64,000 nucleotides of DNA, taken from positions 310,001-374,000 of the forward strand of contig NIVC01000906.1 of assembly GCA_002269645.1 (NCBI GenBank), written 5' to 3'. Shown here one piece after another: positions 36,830-49,852 of the stretch (its first letter is position 1; every line of letters begins with the position of its first letter). The notes beneath the pieces are model-generated. The model was not told where the DNA came from. It did no database searches and saw nothing but the letters and a program-made list of their open reading frames with translations. The translations under genes were made by a program, and so were the position numbers. Source of the stretch: Macrostomum lignano (Eukaryota).

Positions 36830-37173
36830 ACAACAACAACAGAATACGCGTTCAGCGTCACAAGGTGCACCTCAAGGCCAGGTCGCGAATGAACGCCACG
36901 CCGTCGGCCGAATCCGGGACGCCGACAACGCGGAAGCTCTGTCGCCTGTCCTTCAGCGCCTCGGCACAAAATTGCAGCCTCGATGTCGTCCGGCACGCAG
37001 AGCACGACGGTCTTCTGCGTGTTGACCTCCAGGCCGACACTCGCCGCAACAGCAACTAGCTTGTCCAGTTGTCGCTGGGCGCCCTCGAAAGTTAAGGACA
37101 GCAGGGCGAGGTCGTCGGCGTATCCAAGCACGCTGAACCGTCTCTCCGGTTGACGTCCACCCACGCGTCGCCG
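36830..37173 (-). mobile_element. Non-LTR retrotransposon (RTE-like) reverse transcriptase fragment, 3' part
   Basis: RRFSVLGYADDLALLS...GLEVNTQKT (YADD motif); directly continues the 38706-38880 fragment across the hAT insertion. Confidence 0.8.
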
Positions 37174-38705
37174 CAGCGGTGTCGGAACATATTTCAAAGT
37201 GTGGGGGGCTATTGGTGGGAGGGCGCATTGCACATGATTTTTTAAATCTAAGGGCACCCTAATGTCAGTTAGCGACATTAATTGTGACAACCAGGCCAAT
37301 ATTCAATTCTGTGTTGGAAGTGGCCAAAAGTCTGAAAAATGTTCGAATTTTCAACTAATTCAAACATTGCGCAACGGCGCTGCACTATCAATCTATTTAG
37401 TAAATATCTCAAATGAATGAAAATTGCCAGGGCAAGAGACCAGTATTTTTCTGAATATCTTGGCTGCCTCCTTCAGTTCCTCTTGGCGCTGTTTCTTTAT
37501 TCTTTTATCTGACGGCATTTTAGTGTTTTTAGTTGCAGCGCCAGAAGCGGTTCAAGTCTTAAAATTGCGGCGGACTCGGAATTTGGATCAGGGACGCCAA
37601 AGTAAAACGATAAATACTAAAACAGGGGTTGGCAAACTCCGGCCTGAGGGCCAGATGTGGCCTGCAAAGCCTCTCTATCCGGCCCTTGGGTCCTTTGAAT
37701 CTTCACAATAGCAATCCGGCCCGCTCTATGTTTGTGTCTCTTCTCAGGTCTCTCTTCCCTCACCTCTCTCTTCTCATATTCTCCTCTTCTATGCTCTCTC
37801 CTTTCCTCTCCTCTCTCCTTTCCCCTCATCTCCTCACCTCTCCTGACCTCTCTCCCCTCCTCTCATCTCCTCCCCTCTCTCCTCTCCTTTCCTATCCTCT
37901 CCTCTCATCTCCTCACCTCTCTCCTCTCCTCACATCTCACTTCTCTCCTCACCTATCATCTCCTCACCTCTCTCCTCTCCTCTCCGCTCTCCTTTCCTCT
38001 CATCTCCTCACCTCTCCTCAATTCTCTTCTCTCCTCTCATCTCCTCACCTCTCTCCTCTCCTCTCCTTTCATCTCACCTCTTTCCTCTCCTCTCCTCTCC
38101 TCTCCTCACCTCTCTCCTCTCCTCTCATCTCCCGTTTCCTCTCCTTTCTCTTCTCCCTTCCCTCCTCTCTCCTCTCCTTATCTCATCTCTCTTATATTTC
38201 GACTCTCCTCTCCTCATTCATCTCCCCTCTTCTCTCTCCTCTCCTATTTTATCTCTCTTCTCGTCTACTCTCTTGTCCTTTGTTCCTTCGCCTCTCCTTT
38301 CTCCTGCGCTCGTATTTCTTTTCTCTATTTCCCATCCTCTCTCCCTATAGCCCGCAGTCATCGGGGACTCCTGGGTGCGCGTTTCGCTTAAGGGGCCCAG
38401 CGAAGCGGACCCAGAAGGGCAGTCATGCGCTGTTCTCAATCTGGCCCTTCAGGTAAAAAGTTCGCTGACCCCTGCACTAAAAGCACTAGGCTTAGGCACA
38501 TTAGATAAAAACTGTAGTGAAATGGGATTGAGAACAACATGAACTATTATATCAGCTGGTACCCTAGCTTCTAAGACTCAGAAAAGCCAAAGCCAAAAAC
38601 CGGCCGACACTTGCTTGAAAATCAAAAAGGGCACTTGCAGGATAATGCTAAAAAGTGGGGCGGGCTGCAGCCCCCCCACGCCCCCCCCCGGTTCCGACAC
38701 CCCTG
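37174..38705. mobile_element. Non-autonomous hAT-like DNA transposon inserted into the LINE RT
   Basis: TIRs CAGCGGTGTCGGAAC (37174-37188) and GTTCCGACACCCCTG (38691-38705); perfect 8-bp TSD CGTCGCCG at 37166-37173 and 38706-38713. Confidence 0.8.
37623..38474. mobile_element. hAT-like MITE nested in the larger hAT element, TC-rich interior
   Basis: Ends CAGGGGTTGGCAAACT / AGTTCGCTGACCCCTG; flanks TACTAAAA / CACTAAAA (7 of 8 TSD match). Confidence 0.7.
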
Positions 38706-38880
38706 CGTCGCCGCAACAGAAAGCCATCGTCGTTGGTAGGAAGAGCGGTCCGCAGCACCCAGTCAAGCACCAGAACGAACAGGAACGGCGCAAGCGTATC
38801 TCCCTGAAGCACCCCGGAGGATGTCTCAAAGAAGTCCGATAGGCCGTCCGTTTGTTGAAACAGCAACAGCAGCTGCTCAA
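38706..38880 (-). mobile_element. Non-LTR retrotransposon RT fragment, 5' part
   Basis: DFFETSSGVLQGDTLAPFLFVLVLDWVLR (QGD.L.P.LF motif). Confidence 0.8.
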
Positions 38881-39728
38881 CAGCAGCTGATTTGTTGAAA
38901 AAGAGAGGGAGCTTCGCCGAGCGGATTGTTACAGCTCCAAAGGGTCCGTGAGGAAACGGAAAGGGAAGGGGAAGGAAGCGGTAACGCCGAAAGTGGAAAG
39001 AAAAGCAAAGCGAAAACGGAAAGTAGAAAAGTGCATCTCAGGGCTCAAAACAGTCTCTTATTTTTAAGCCCTCAGATCACGCGTCACGCGATCACGTGAG
39101 CGTGATGCGTGACATCGAAGGCCGTGACTTGTCACTGACCTCAGTTACCAAGCAACCCTAGGATTACGTTACTAGTAAGCCGCGCTGTGATTGGGCGAGA
39201 AATTGGGGTGGGGCGCAGCGGAGAAAAATTATTTATGATGGGGATTACGTAACAGGCAAGAAAAGCTAGAAAGGAGGTTGGGTTGGTGCGCTGGGGAGTG
39301 GGGTGGGCGATAAAATTAGTCATCGCAGGAATCACAGGGAAAGAAGGAAGGTTGTGCAAAAGTTAGTGACGTGCCAACATCAGTACAGTATCGTTTGTGT
39401 ACACGCAAGGTGCAATGCATGATGCATCGTTATATAATATCAAATATTGAATCTTAACTTAGCAATCGAAGAATTAACACGAACATGGGTAACTTGAGGG
39501 GTAATTTCACCCTGAAAATTTATTTCTATATTTTTTCGAGTGCGTGCATGGTTTCATATCGAATAATCGAGTAATTAGGTTTTTTTTTAACATCAAGTTC
39601 TTACCTACGTAAACTGTCTAACTTAGTGTAAGAAATCATGGGGCACAGTTTGAAATGTCTTAATTACATGTACATGAACGTGTCTGATCCTCCTGCCAGA
39701 GATCCCATATTATCTGAGTTCAATCTTC

Positions 39729-42508
39729 TCAGTCGTCAGCAGCAGCCTCTGCAGCTGCATCCGCCTCAGCGTCCCTCCGAGCACTGTCTAGCAGGCTGTG
39801 AATTCGCTGACCAATCTGCTCAAAGTTGAACGGCCGATTGCGCACCCAGAGCTGGTACGGATTCATCATCGGCCTGCCGTCCAGTCGGTTTCTCAGCTCA
39901 TTGCACCGAGCAACGTAGCGCTCAAAGTCGCGGACGAAATGCTTTGCGGCCCTGCGGCGCATCTCAACAGGCAGAGGCGATTGTTTCGGATCCAGCTGGT
40001 CGCAAACCGCCACCCGCAGGGTCTCGTAGCTGAGAAAGTCGCTGTACAGTTGTTTCCACTCTAGCAGCTGGTTCTGATCGAATGCCGGCTCGTTATCCCA
40101 CGGCATTTCGTTGAAACGAGCTTGCAGCGAGTGCAGCACGTTAGCCAAGGTGTGAGTGGGTTCCCAGGCGTTGCCGAGCCAGGTGCCCAGGATGCTGAGA
40201 CAGACGCAGCCGTTCTCGTAGAAGTTCGGATTGAATCGCACTGTGCCACGGCCGGTGGTTATGAGGGCTACTCGAGGCGGCCTGGAAAAGTTTGTATATA
40301 ATATGCACTAAATGAATACTTTAGGCTGTGCCTGTCTACATGACTGTGCATGTACTATTCAGGGGGTCGGCAAACTCTGGTCGCCGGGGAAGCCTCTCTA
40401 TCCGGCCCTCGGGTCCTTTGAAACTTTACTATAGCAATCAGACTCGATCAAAGTTTGTGCCTCTTCTCAGCTCTCTTCTCTCTTCATTCATCTCTCCTTT
40501 CTACTCTCTTCACTCTCCTCTCGCCTCTCATCGATCTTTCCTCTCCATGAGCTAGATTTTTTATGGGATCTTTGAGGTAAAAACCGACCCCTGATGTGCA
40601 TGGACGCTGACTGCGCATATATTGGAGCCTGCAGGCTGCAGGATCCTCGGACAGGATATCGTATCTCGAGATCTATCCCCGTCCAGACTTGTCCTGAGAT
40701 CCTATCCCCGTCCAGACTTGTCCTGAGATCCTATCCAGACTTGTCCTGAAATCCTATCCCGACTTGTCCTGAGATCCTATCCCGACTTGTCCTGAGATCC
40801 TATCCCGACTTGTCCTGAGATCCTATCCAGACTTGTCCTGAGATCCTATCCAGACTTGTCCTGAGATCCTATCCAGACTTGTCCTGAGATCCTATCCAGA
40901 CTTGTCCTGAGATCCTATCCCGACTTGTCCTGAGATCCTATCCAGACTTGTCCTGAGATCCTATCCAGACTTGTCCTGAGATCCTATCCAGACTTGTCCT
41001 GAGATCCTATCCCGACTTGTCCTGAGATCCTATCCAGACTTGTCCTGAAATCCTATCCAGACTTGTCCTGAGATCCTATCCCGACTTGTCCTGAAATCCT
41101 ATCCAGACTTGTCCTGAGATCCTATCCCGACTTGTCCTGAAATCCTATCCCGACTTGTCCTGAGATCCTATCCCGACTTGTCCTGAGATCCTATCCCGAC
41201 TTGTCCTGAGATCATATCCCGACTTGTCCTGAAATCCTATCCAGACTTGTCCTGAGATCCTATCCCGACTTGTCCTGAGATCCTATCCCGACTTGTCATG
41301 AGATCCTATCCCGACTTGTCCTGAGATCCTATCCAGACTTGTCCTGAGATCCTATCCCGACTTGTCATGAGATCCTATCCCGACTTGTCATGAGATCCTG
41401 TCTTGCCCTGTCTCGACACCGTTCGAGCACTGATAGTAACCGGATAATGTCTAGCTAACAAATAAAATGCGCATTTAGACATATAGTTTACATAAACATG
41501 TACATTGAATCGGTACATTAGTTAAAAAAGCTTGGAAATGCATCCTCCATTTAGAATTCTTAATGGATTTCTTAAAGTTGTTAAACTTTCTTGTAGCGGC
41601 AGTGGTCATGTTTTCTTAACATGTGCACTTCCTTATAGTACAGTTTAGCAGCTAGACTGGAATCTGTAAGGGGCGCCAATATTAGTATTTTGGTGGGCGC
41701 CCCTGTCTTATGCTTGTCGCTTCTATCTCTTTTGGTGGGCGCTGCTGTCTTTTGACAGGCGCCCCTGTCTCATGCTTGGCGCCCCTGTCTCTCTTAGTGG
41801 ACGCCCTTGTCTCATGCTTGGCGCCCGTGGCTCATGCTTGGCGCCCCTGTCTCATGCTTGGCGTCCCTGTCTAATGATTGGCGCTCCTGTCTCTCTTGGT
41901 GAGCGCCCCTGTTCCTGTCTATTCGGCTAATACTGGATGCTACATCCAAGAGGTGGCAAAAGGTGAGCTCCTGTCATTCATCGAGCTTATGGTTTGCCTC
42001 CTTTTTATCTAGGTATCTGAGGAGTGCAACCTGCGACGCTGCTGCAGTTTATGGCCAAAGTTTTTTGCGGAACTGTATACGTTAAACAGCTACAAAAACA
42101 CACGGTACAATGCCCCGATAAAAATGGTAATAATTATCTTATTTACTTTTCCGGATATTCTGGCGGCGCGCGAACAGCAAAATGAAAGAATCCGCCTTCG
42201 TACGGCGTATCGGGTTGGCCACGGATCAGGTAGTCGATTCGAGAAGTGTCGTTCTCGTTGGGAAACACATCGGCACCAGGGCGCCGCTCCTCTGGCATGA
42301 GATTGCGCAGATCTGACAGAATACGGGCTACACAGCTTGGTCCGTAGCTGCTGATACTGAATTGAATTCTGTCAGGGTGCCACTCGTCAGGCCTTTGCAC
42401 GATAGGAATAGGAGCCACTGGTGGCAGACCTCCGAGCTGTTCAAACATTTGCTGCAGCGCTTCAAATGGAAACTGGATTAGATTTTCATTGTCCATATCT
42501 TCAGCCAT
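39729..42508 (-). CDS. UBE2Z: Ubiquitin-conjugating enzyme E2 Z (USE1)-like, ~304 aa; exons 42508-42147 and 40281-39729
   Basis: Motifs GQPDTPYEGGFFHF, PPEYPEKPPRV (phase-2 splice AA|G), TTGRGTVRFNPNFYENGCVCLSILGTW with the catalytic Cys, and NEPAFDQ match the UBE2Z subfamily. Confidence 0.88.
40360..40593. mobile_element. Short, internally deleted copy of the 37623 hAT MITE family
   Basis: CAGGGGGTCGGCAAACT ... AAAAACCGACCCCTG; shares AAGCCTCTCTATCCGGCCC and GGGTCCTTTGAA with the 37623 copy; no TSD visible. Confidence 0.55.
40665..41400. repeat. 23-bp minisatellite (UBE2Z intron)
   Basis: Unit ATCCTATCCAGACTTGTCCTGAG. Confidence 0.93.
41690..41915. repeat. ~20-bp degenerate minisatellite
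   Basis: Unit GCGCCCCTGTCTCATGCTTG. Confidence 0.75.
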
Positions 42509-43243
42509 ATTTTGTTTGGTATCTAAAAACATTAGTAAAATTAAGTAAATAAACAGCTTTTAAAATGGACTTTTCAGACTATAATTTTAATTACTTTTTT
42601 CTCTATCGTCCACCTATGATTGACCAACAAGCATCCTACAAAAATTGTATCATCTAAAATTTTTTGTGACATTAGGCTATATCAAGTAGAAGTATACATG
42701 CGTTTTTATTACCCATGCAGAAGTCAGAACCCTAGCCTGACTCTCAGTATACTGACCTTTTAAAAGTATTTAATATTAATTTGAGTAAGATATTTCATTA
42801 CTGATGGTTGCACAAATACCAATAGGCCTACTATTGGATTTCTTGGCCTCCCAAAGCTAGCGTAGTGGTAGAATATTGTAGAGGTACTTACTTCTATTTG
42901 CAAATAATTGAGATGTCCTTCACCTTTAATTTTAATTATAGTTTGTATCGTCAAAGATTACTCAAATATACAGACAAACAAAGCAAGTCTCTCATGCAAC
43001 TTTTATAAATCAAATACACAGATTATTTTACTGTGCGCATTGCTCTAATGGTTCTTGGAAGATCCGAGTGACTAAGTTACTGCTCTTTCTTTCTCCGCAA
43101 ATGTCCTCGCTCTTGATATTGCATTAGAGTATTTGAATTGTAACGAAAGCGAAAATTTTCGCTTTTACAAATTAGATATTTAACAAAAACATTAACATCT
43201 TTACATAATTGTCGTATTAACGTTAGTTTTAAATAATTTAAAG

Positions 43244-43507
43244 TGAGGCTCTTCACGGCAATCGATTCCAGAACCAGAATCGGTTCGGATTTCCAAGAAA
43301 AAAAGCAGTATAACTTTTTAACTTTGTTGAATGTTTGACTGCCTTAACAGCCTCACTCTGCACAATTTTTCACTTTCTTCTTGGCTATTGCCATCCAATA
43401 ATCACAATTTTAAAGCACTAAAATCCCTCTAGTTTAGGAGACAAAAAGTTATACTTTACAAATTGGTTCTGGTTCTAGAACCAGAACAAGCAATATGAAG
43501 AGCCTCA
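43244..43507. mobile_element. Putative MITE
   Basis: 12-bp inverted ends TGAGGCTCTTCA / TGAAGAGCCTCA with subterminal AGAACCAGAA motifs; possible 3-bp AGT duplication. Confidence 0.35.
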
Positions 43508-44779
43508 GTGAAAAATACTGTTACATTTTAACGATACTTAAAACTTTGTTTTACGCAACTAAGAAATAGCACTATTTTAACTTGCAATTAGCAGATTTAA
43601 TTAGTTTCCCATCTAATACCTATTTAAATCGTCGTTATTCATTATTTATCAGCATTTAATTAGTATTTAATTAGTTTCCTATCTAATACCTATTTAAATC
43701 GTCGTTATTCGTTAAACGTAAAGTTCTTTCGAAGTATGTTCATGTTCTTTTTTTCACGCTTTAAAATATCGCGCGCTTGCAAAATACTACATCTTTTTAC
43801 AAAAAACGCTCTTTCAAATACCTTTATAATTTTACAAATAATCGTAACTCGCATCGGAACTCGTGTAAAAATTGAACCTTTTGAACAAATTTAACCTTTT
43901 GAACCTAATCGTAATTAAACAACTAATGCTAAAATATCTTAAATACACAGAAATATACTGGCCAAACAGCCAACAGGCTTCTTGCCTGAGCCAACTTACT
44001 ACTACTACTATTACAGTCCTTTTTTTTACGAATATCTTTCCTTCGTTTTAACTGCTTAATATTGCCAGCAATCTAGTTAGATTCGAAATTTGATATTGAA
44101 TGATTAGTACCTATGAACTCATTTTAATCACCTACTGCCTCCAGTAGCCTACTGGATGAATTTGTTGCTCTCCATCAAGTTCACACAGTACTTGTTTTAT
44201 ATTCCTTATTTAAATACTTTTCGTTTTGTTACTTGTTAGCCATTAAAGTTCGTTCGAAGATTCGTAAAAAAATTTTAGCTGCTCAAAATAATACAAAATT
44301 TTAATATTTTGTCCTATATTTTTACAAAACTCGTACTTGTACTAAATGTACACTACTCTTGAATTACATGACTTATACTGGCCAAACAGAAAGGCACTTT
44401 TTGCAACATTTTAATACATAATACATATTCATAATAGGCCTACATAAATTATATAATTATGATTTCCTAATGCTTAAAAAAGCATCCTTAATTTTAAAGT
44501 GTCCTAAAGATGTGTCAAAAATGTGTTGGCAAAAGTTATACAGGTAAGCCTACTACAACTATTAATTCTACTACTATTATAAGTTTTATTCTAGGCCTAA
44601 CTAAGCTGTAAAGATGATTGCCTTCTAGTGAGGTATCAGGTGGTTTCATTGCCTACTCTGACCTTTTGTAATGCACATGCCCTATCAGGCTAGGGGCCTA
44701 TGCCCTATTGGGATAAGGCAAGATGAGAATATTATGACATATAACAACAATAACACAACAACAACAAAATACACTGTCA

Positions 44780-45110
44780 GGATGGCAAAAGTCAGCATCA
44801 CAGGGTGCGCTTCATGGCTTGGGGGCAAACAAAGGCCATGCTTCTAGCAGAGTCTGCCACATTGACTTGCTGTTTGAGTAAGTCTATTAGCATCTAGGTC
44901 TCGGCGTTCTGGAGCAGGACAGTCTCATTTACCACCTGGAACAGCGCCACCCTCTGGTGGTCCAGTAGCCATAGGGCCTCAAACTGCAGAACTGCCCTCA
45001 TAGAATGAAAGGCAGCATAGGCAAGCCTGTGATAGCATCGCAGCATCTGGAACCAGACCGCCAAGGTACTGGTAGATAAACTGCTGACATCACAGGAGCT
45101 TGGTCGCATG
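44780..45110 (-). mobile_element. Decayed fragment of the same RTE-like LINE family
   Basis: AAFHSMRAVLQ...ETVLLQNAET*ML resembles the post-RT VLL.xxETW motif; aligns to the LPRC segment of the 36830 copy with CpG-to-TpG changes. Confidence 0.55.
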
Positions 45111-46899
45111 CAACTCACAAACAATTTCAGCCTGTCAGTCACTTCCCTTCCTTCCATAAGAACCAAATTATGCTTTGCTTGGCTTCTTCATTTTTTCCAT
45201 AGTGCCAAAACAGTAGGTAACCTAAAATGACTGCTGTAAAAAAATAAAATAAGCATATTTGATCGCACTGCCATTAAAAGTTGTGGGACATAAGTGCTGT
45301 CTATGGCCTAAAGTATGGTGACTTAACTGCCTTTCGTTTGGAAAAAAATGTTTGTCTACAAACTTTCCAAAAAACCCTCATACAATAGCAAGCATTTTCC
45401 AAATAGCAAACATTCACTAGACAGCAAGTAGCTAGTGCAAATATTTTGTCCACTAATGCAATAATTGCTTTCTCAAGTAGGCCTTGAATAATAATCCATG
45501 TCTCAGTTAGCACAATAATCCTCTTTTCATTTAGTGCATTAATCATTTACTCATCAAGTCAAAGTGCAAAAATCAATGTCTTAGCTAGTGCAATAGTCCC
45601 TTTCTAAGCTAGTGCAATAATCCTTGGTTTATCAAGTGCAATAATTGTTGGTTTATCAAGTGCAATAATCTTTGGTTTATCAAGTGCAGTAATCCATCTT
45701 TTCAAGTAGTCCATTAATAAAAGCTTTCAATTTCAATAAAAGAATTTCCTATATACTCATATATGCGCAACAGTTGGCTGAGTCGGCTGATCCGGCCGAC
45801 CAATTTAGCGGCCAAACAAGGAAGTCGCAAAAATGCCCACTCAAAAAATACCCAAGTAGTAGAACTAAGTAGCTGATGAGGCATTTTGACTTAATAAGAA
45901 AAGTCATAGTTACACCTTTTGTTTACCCAAAGTAGCATTAATTTTGCTTTATGCTACTTATGCTAGGGTTTTTTTACATGTAAGTCACATTTTTGGCCAA
46001 AGACTAGGTCACATTTTTGTTAAAACTAAGTTGCATGGCCGACCAAATTTTGGAGGTTGAGCATGTATGTATATACTATATAAATGAGTTGTCCAGGTAT
46101 GTATGTATATATGTAGCTATATAGCTATACGATAGATTTAAAAAAATGGCTCAGCCAATTTTCTTCAAACTTGTACCATTCAATTAGAATTTTTTCTGTG
46201 ATTGTACATGCATCGTGGCTAAAAAATTGGTTGATGCTAAAGGGATTAAATATTCAAAAAATATGCTTTTTTGCAAAGGTCAAGCAGCTTTTTTACTTGA
46301 AATACATTTTAAGAATGCTAGAGAAAAAACTGACTAGTTAAATTCTGATTTTGAAATAGATTGCCTCACACCAGGCTTTTTATTTATTCAGTCTATGTAT
46401 TGGCTGAATTTTGACACTGAATTGAATTGCATCACAGTATTGAAAATGCAGTGTGGAAACATAGCACAAGACTTGATTTATATTGTGTAACCATATTGCT
46501 AACTTTAATAGAGACTGGTACTGACTTGCCTGAGAAATTTATTATCATAACTGACTTGGTGAGTGTTGAATTATAAATTCATACAACTTGAATTTATACA
46601 ACTTGAGTTAGATTGTATAAATTCATTTATAAATTCAATGAGAGATAGCCTAGATGTTTACATACTGAACTGCTAATGCAGCAACCTAGGTTTGAATCTT
46701 AGTAATGTACTAGAAATCTAGTGCCCCCCTTCAGGGTAGACAATAAGAAAAGGGCAAAATTTATTTATTTTAATTCTGGCAGTGATTGGTATGGTGTCAT
46801 TGGTAACAATAAGCATGATGTCAAAGTATGACTACACTTAAAAAACTTTCAAACCATTTATAAAATTGCAAATCCACATTGCAGCTACCAATAATTCCC

Positions 46900-47760
46900 C
46901 AATCAGGTTTGCAATAATCTCCAATCAGGCTTGCAATTATTCCAGTCAGGTTTAAAATGATCCTAGTCAGGTTTGCAATTATTCCAGTCAAGTTTGAAAT
47001 GATCCCAGTCAGGTTTTCAATTATCCCAGTTGGGTTTGAAATGATCCCAGTCAGGTTTGCAATTATCCTAGTCAGGTTTGAAATGATCCCAGTCAGGTTT
47101 GCAATTATCCCAGTCAGGTTTGAAATGATCCTAGTCAGGTTTGCAATTATCCCAGTCGGGTTTGAAATGATCCCAGTCAAGTTTGCAATTATCCCAGTTG
47201 GGTTTGAAATGATCCCCAGTCAGGTTTGCAATTATCCTAGTCGGGTTTGAAATGATCCCTAGTCAGGTTTGCAATTATCCCAGTTGGGTTTAAAATGATC
47301 CTAGTCAGGTTTGCAATTATCCCAGTCAGGTTTGTAATTATCCCCCAATCAGGTTTGAAATGATCCCTAGTCATGTTTCCACTGATCCCAGTGAGGTTTG
47401 CAATTATCCCCCAATCAGGTTTAAAATGATCCTAATCGAGTTTGCAATTATCCCCCAATCAAGGTTGAAATGATCCCAGTCATGTTTTAAATGATCCCAG
47501 TGAGGTTTGCAATTGTCCCCCAATCAGGTTTGAAATGGTCCTAGTCAGATTTGCAATGATCCCAGTCAGGTTTTCAATGATCTCCCAGTCTGGTTTGCAA
47601 TGATTGCCCAGTCAGGTTTGCAATGCTCCCTTATTTAGGCTTGCAATAATCCCCTAGTCAAGTTTAAAATGATCCCCCAGTCAGGTTTACAATGTTCCCA
47701 TTCAGGTTTGCAATGATCCTAGCAGGTTTGCAAGAATCCTAGTCAGGATCCTAGTCAGAA
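46900..47760. repeat. 21-bp minisatellite with alternating (42-bp) structure
   Basis: CCAGTCAGGTTTGCAATTATC alternating with CCAGTCAGGTTTGAAATGATC. Confidence 0.88.
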
Positions 47761-48271
47761 TCCTACACACATTTTTTGTAACCCCTAGCTTAAAAATTGG
47801 TGCCCCAAACTTGGTTTGCCCCCCCCCCCCTAAAATAAAATTCTTTATTCATCACTGATAATATGGTATTATATATATTATATCAATTGCCCAATTTGTT
47901 AGATTTTGAGTTTCATATATGCAAAATAACATTTAGCATTAGCACGTATATTCATGATTCATGAAGTTATGCTAAAGTCTTTGACAATATTTTGCTCATT
48001 AATTTATAGAAATTTATGTTTTTGTATTAAGGAACACCTTTAGGTAAGTTAGCCATGTTATTGACAAATTTACTTAGCTTGTTCTATCCTACATGTTATA
48101 TATACTTTTTAGTATATATACTTATACTTTTATAGTAACCCTATATAATTTTTCTAAATGTCAGTTTGTCATTAATTATCCTTGGTAGAAGATCCTAAAA
48201 AAGGTTGAAATATTTAGCAGTCTGTGTGCTTTAATTTTCAGTTAAAAAATTACTGTTAATCAAGTTAAACG

Positions 48272-49401
48272 ATGGCAGCCAGCGGCGATCCATTCTATGA
48301 ATATGTGTCCAAACTAGCCGGCTCCGTGGTGGTGCATCCACTAACCTTCTCCCGCATCCTGGTGCAGCTGGGCTGGGAGCCGGACCCGCCTAGCCTGGGC
48401 AAGAATCTGTTCCGTCGGCAGAAGCTGTTCTATCCGAACATGTTTCGCCACGTCGGCCGGGTCCGAGACGAGGTTGGCGGCGTGTTTCCGCTGTGGACCA
48501 CCGGCCTGCTGGCCAAGCTGACCAGTCAGGTGATTCGCGAGCTGACCCTCCGAGGCGTTGAGGCAGCCTGCGGCGGCGGCGGTGCCAGCGAGAAGAACTG
48601 GGAGCTCAATGCGAACTCGCTGAAGCAGATGGCCCAGCGCTGCTGCTACTCCAGCGTCGGTCGCTCCCTGGCGGTGTTCGCCTCCTACCCGCTGCACTCC
48701 GTCATGGTCCGCCAGATGGCCGCCGCCGTCTCCCACGATGCCATCTATCGCGGCAACATTCTGAGCGTCATTCGCGAGATCTTCAACGAGGAAGGCATGC
48801 CGGGATTCTTCCGCGGCGTCACCGTGGCGATTGTTGGCGACCTGCTGGCGCTGTGGGCCACCAGTTTCATAGCCTATGCCGTTAATCAGTACATCATTGC
48901 CGACCGGTCCGCCCCGGATGTCAAGCAGGTGAGAGAGCCTGGGACAGAGCGATCACTTGAGAGGAATTTTCGCGTTACCTTTCGCGTGAGTACAGTTACT
49001 CACAGTTACAGTTATGATCTCCTCGCTAACTGCAGGTGGACTGTCGCCTTTATTTGCGGCAGCATCCACAGCCTCCCTGTGAACTTATGAATAACTTTGA
49101 AATGCTACGCTAAAAAAGTATATAGTCGCGCATACACGACTTGTAAACCTCGCCCACTTCAAACTCTTAGGTGAGCCCAGTCATCGCCTCGTTCCTAGTG
49201 AGCTCCTGGACCTATCGCTACGGCGTGGTGTCCACCAACCTTTGCATCCGTGGCAGCTCCGGGCTCAGCTTGTGCGTGCCGTACACCGACAGCGTTGAGT
49301 GCTGGCAGACGCTTAAACTGGCTGGCGGCCTGTCCCGCGGCGACAGCCTGTTCTTCCGGGTGGCCCCGCAGAGCGCCATGGCTGCTACCAGGCGGCGCTG
49401 A
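48272..49401 (+). CDS. MTCH2: Mitochondrial carrier homolog (MTCH1/2-like), ~295 aa; join(48272..48928,49171..49401)
   Basis: HPLTFSRILVQLGWEP..GKNLFRRQKLFYPNMFRH, YPLHSVMVRQMA, EGMPGFFRG and the C-terminal LSRGDSLFFRV are MTCH-like. Phase-0 GT-AG intron. Confidence 0.85.
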
Positions 49402-49852
49402 GTCATGAAAATGAATAACAAAATATTTAAACTAAACAAGTTAGTAAGTTTGCGCCCAATTGTGGACTTTGTGAGTTTTAGAATAATTTGTAGCTATGAA
49501 AAATTCGTAACAAAAAGGTACTGACCTATAATGTTCAGCAGTCCTTTTGCTCTCTTCGTTATCCCGTTCAGATTGATTACTACTTTTATTATTACATATT
49601 AGTTAGCTAATGAAATGATATGAATAATATTACATTGTTGTAACTCTGAAGAAGTGCTTAATTTTCAATAGCTGCCACAGTTGTTAGAATAACTAGATGC
49701 GTCAGTTGCTAAAAAATGCGCTTTTTATTGCCTTCAGTAGTAAAATTAGCTAGAATTTGCAGGTCCTGTGCGTCTGCATAGCGAGAATTAAAAAAAGGAA
49801 GTGACACCCCGGCCCCCAACCAGGCTGATATTCCTTTTGCTTTTGCCCGCTT

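Noticed and set aside
49036-49113. Alternative MTCH terminal exon after CTAACTGCAG
   Set aside because: It gives a short non-carrier tail, whereas the 49171 acceptor restores the conserved MTCH C-terminus.
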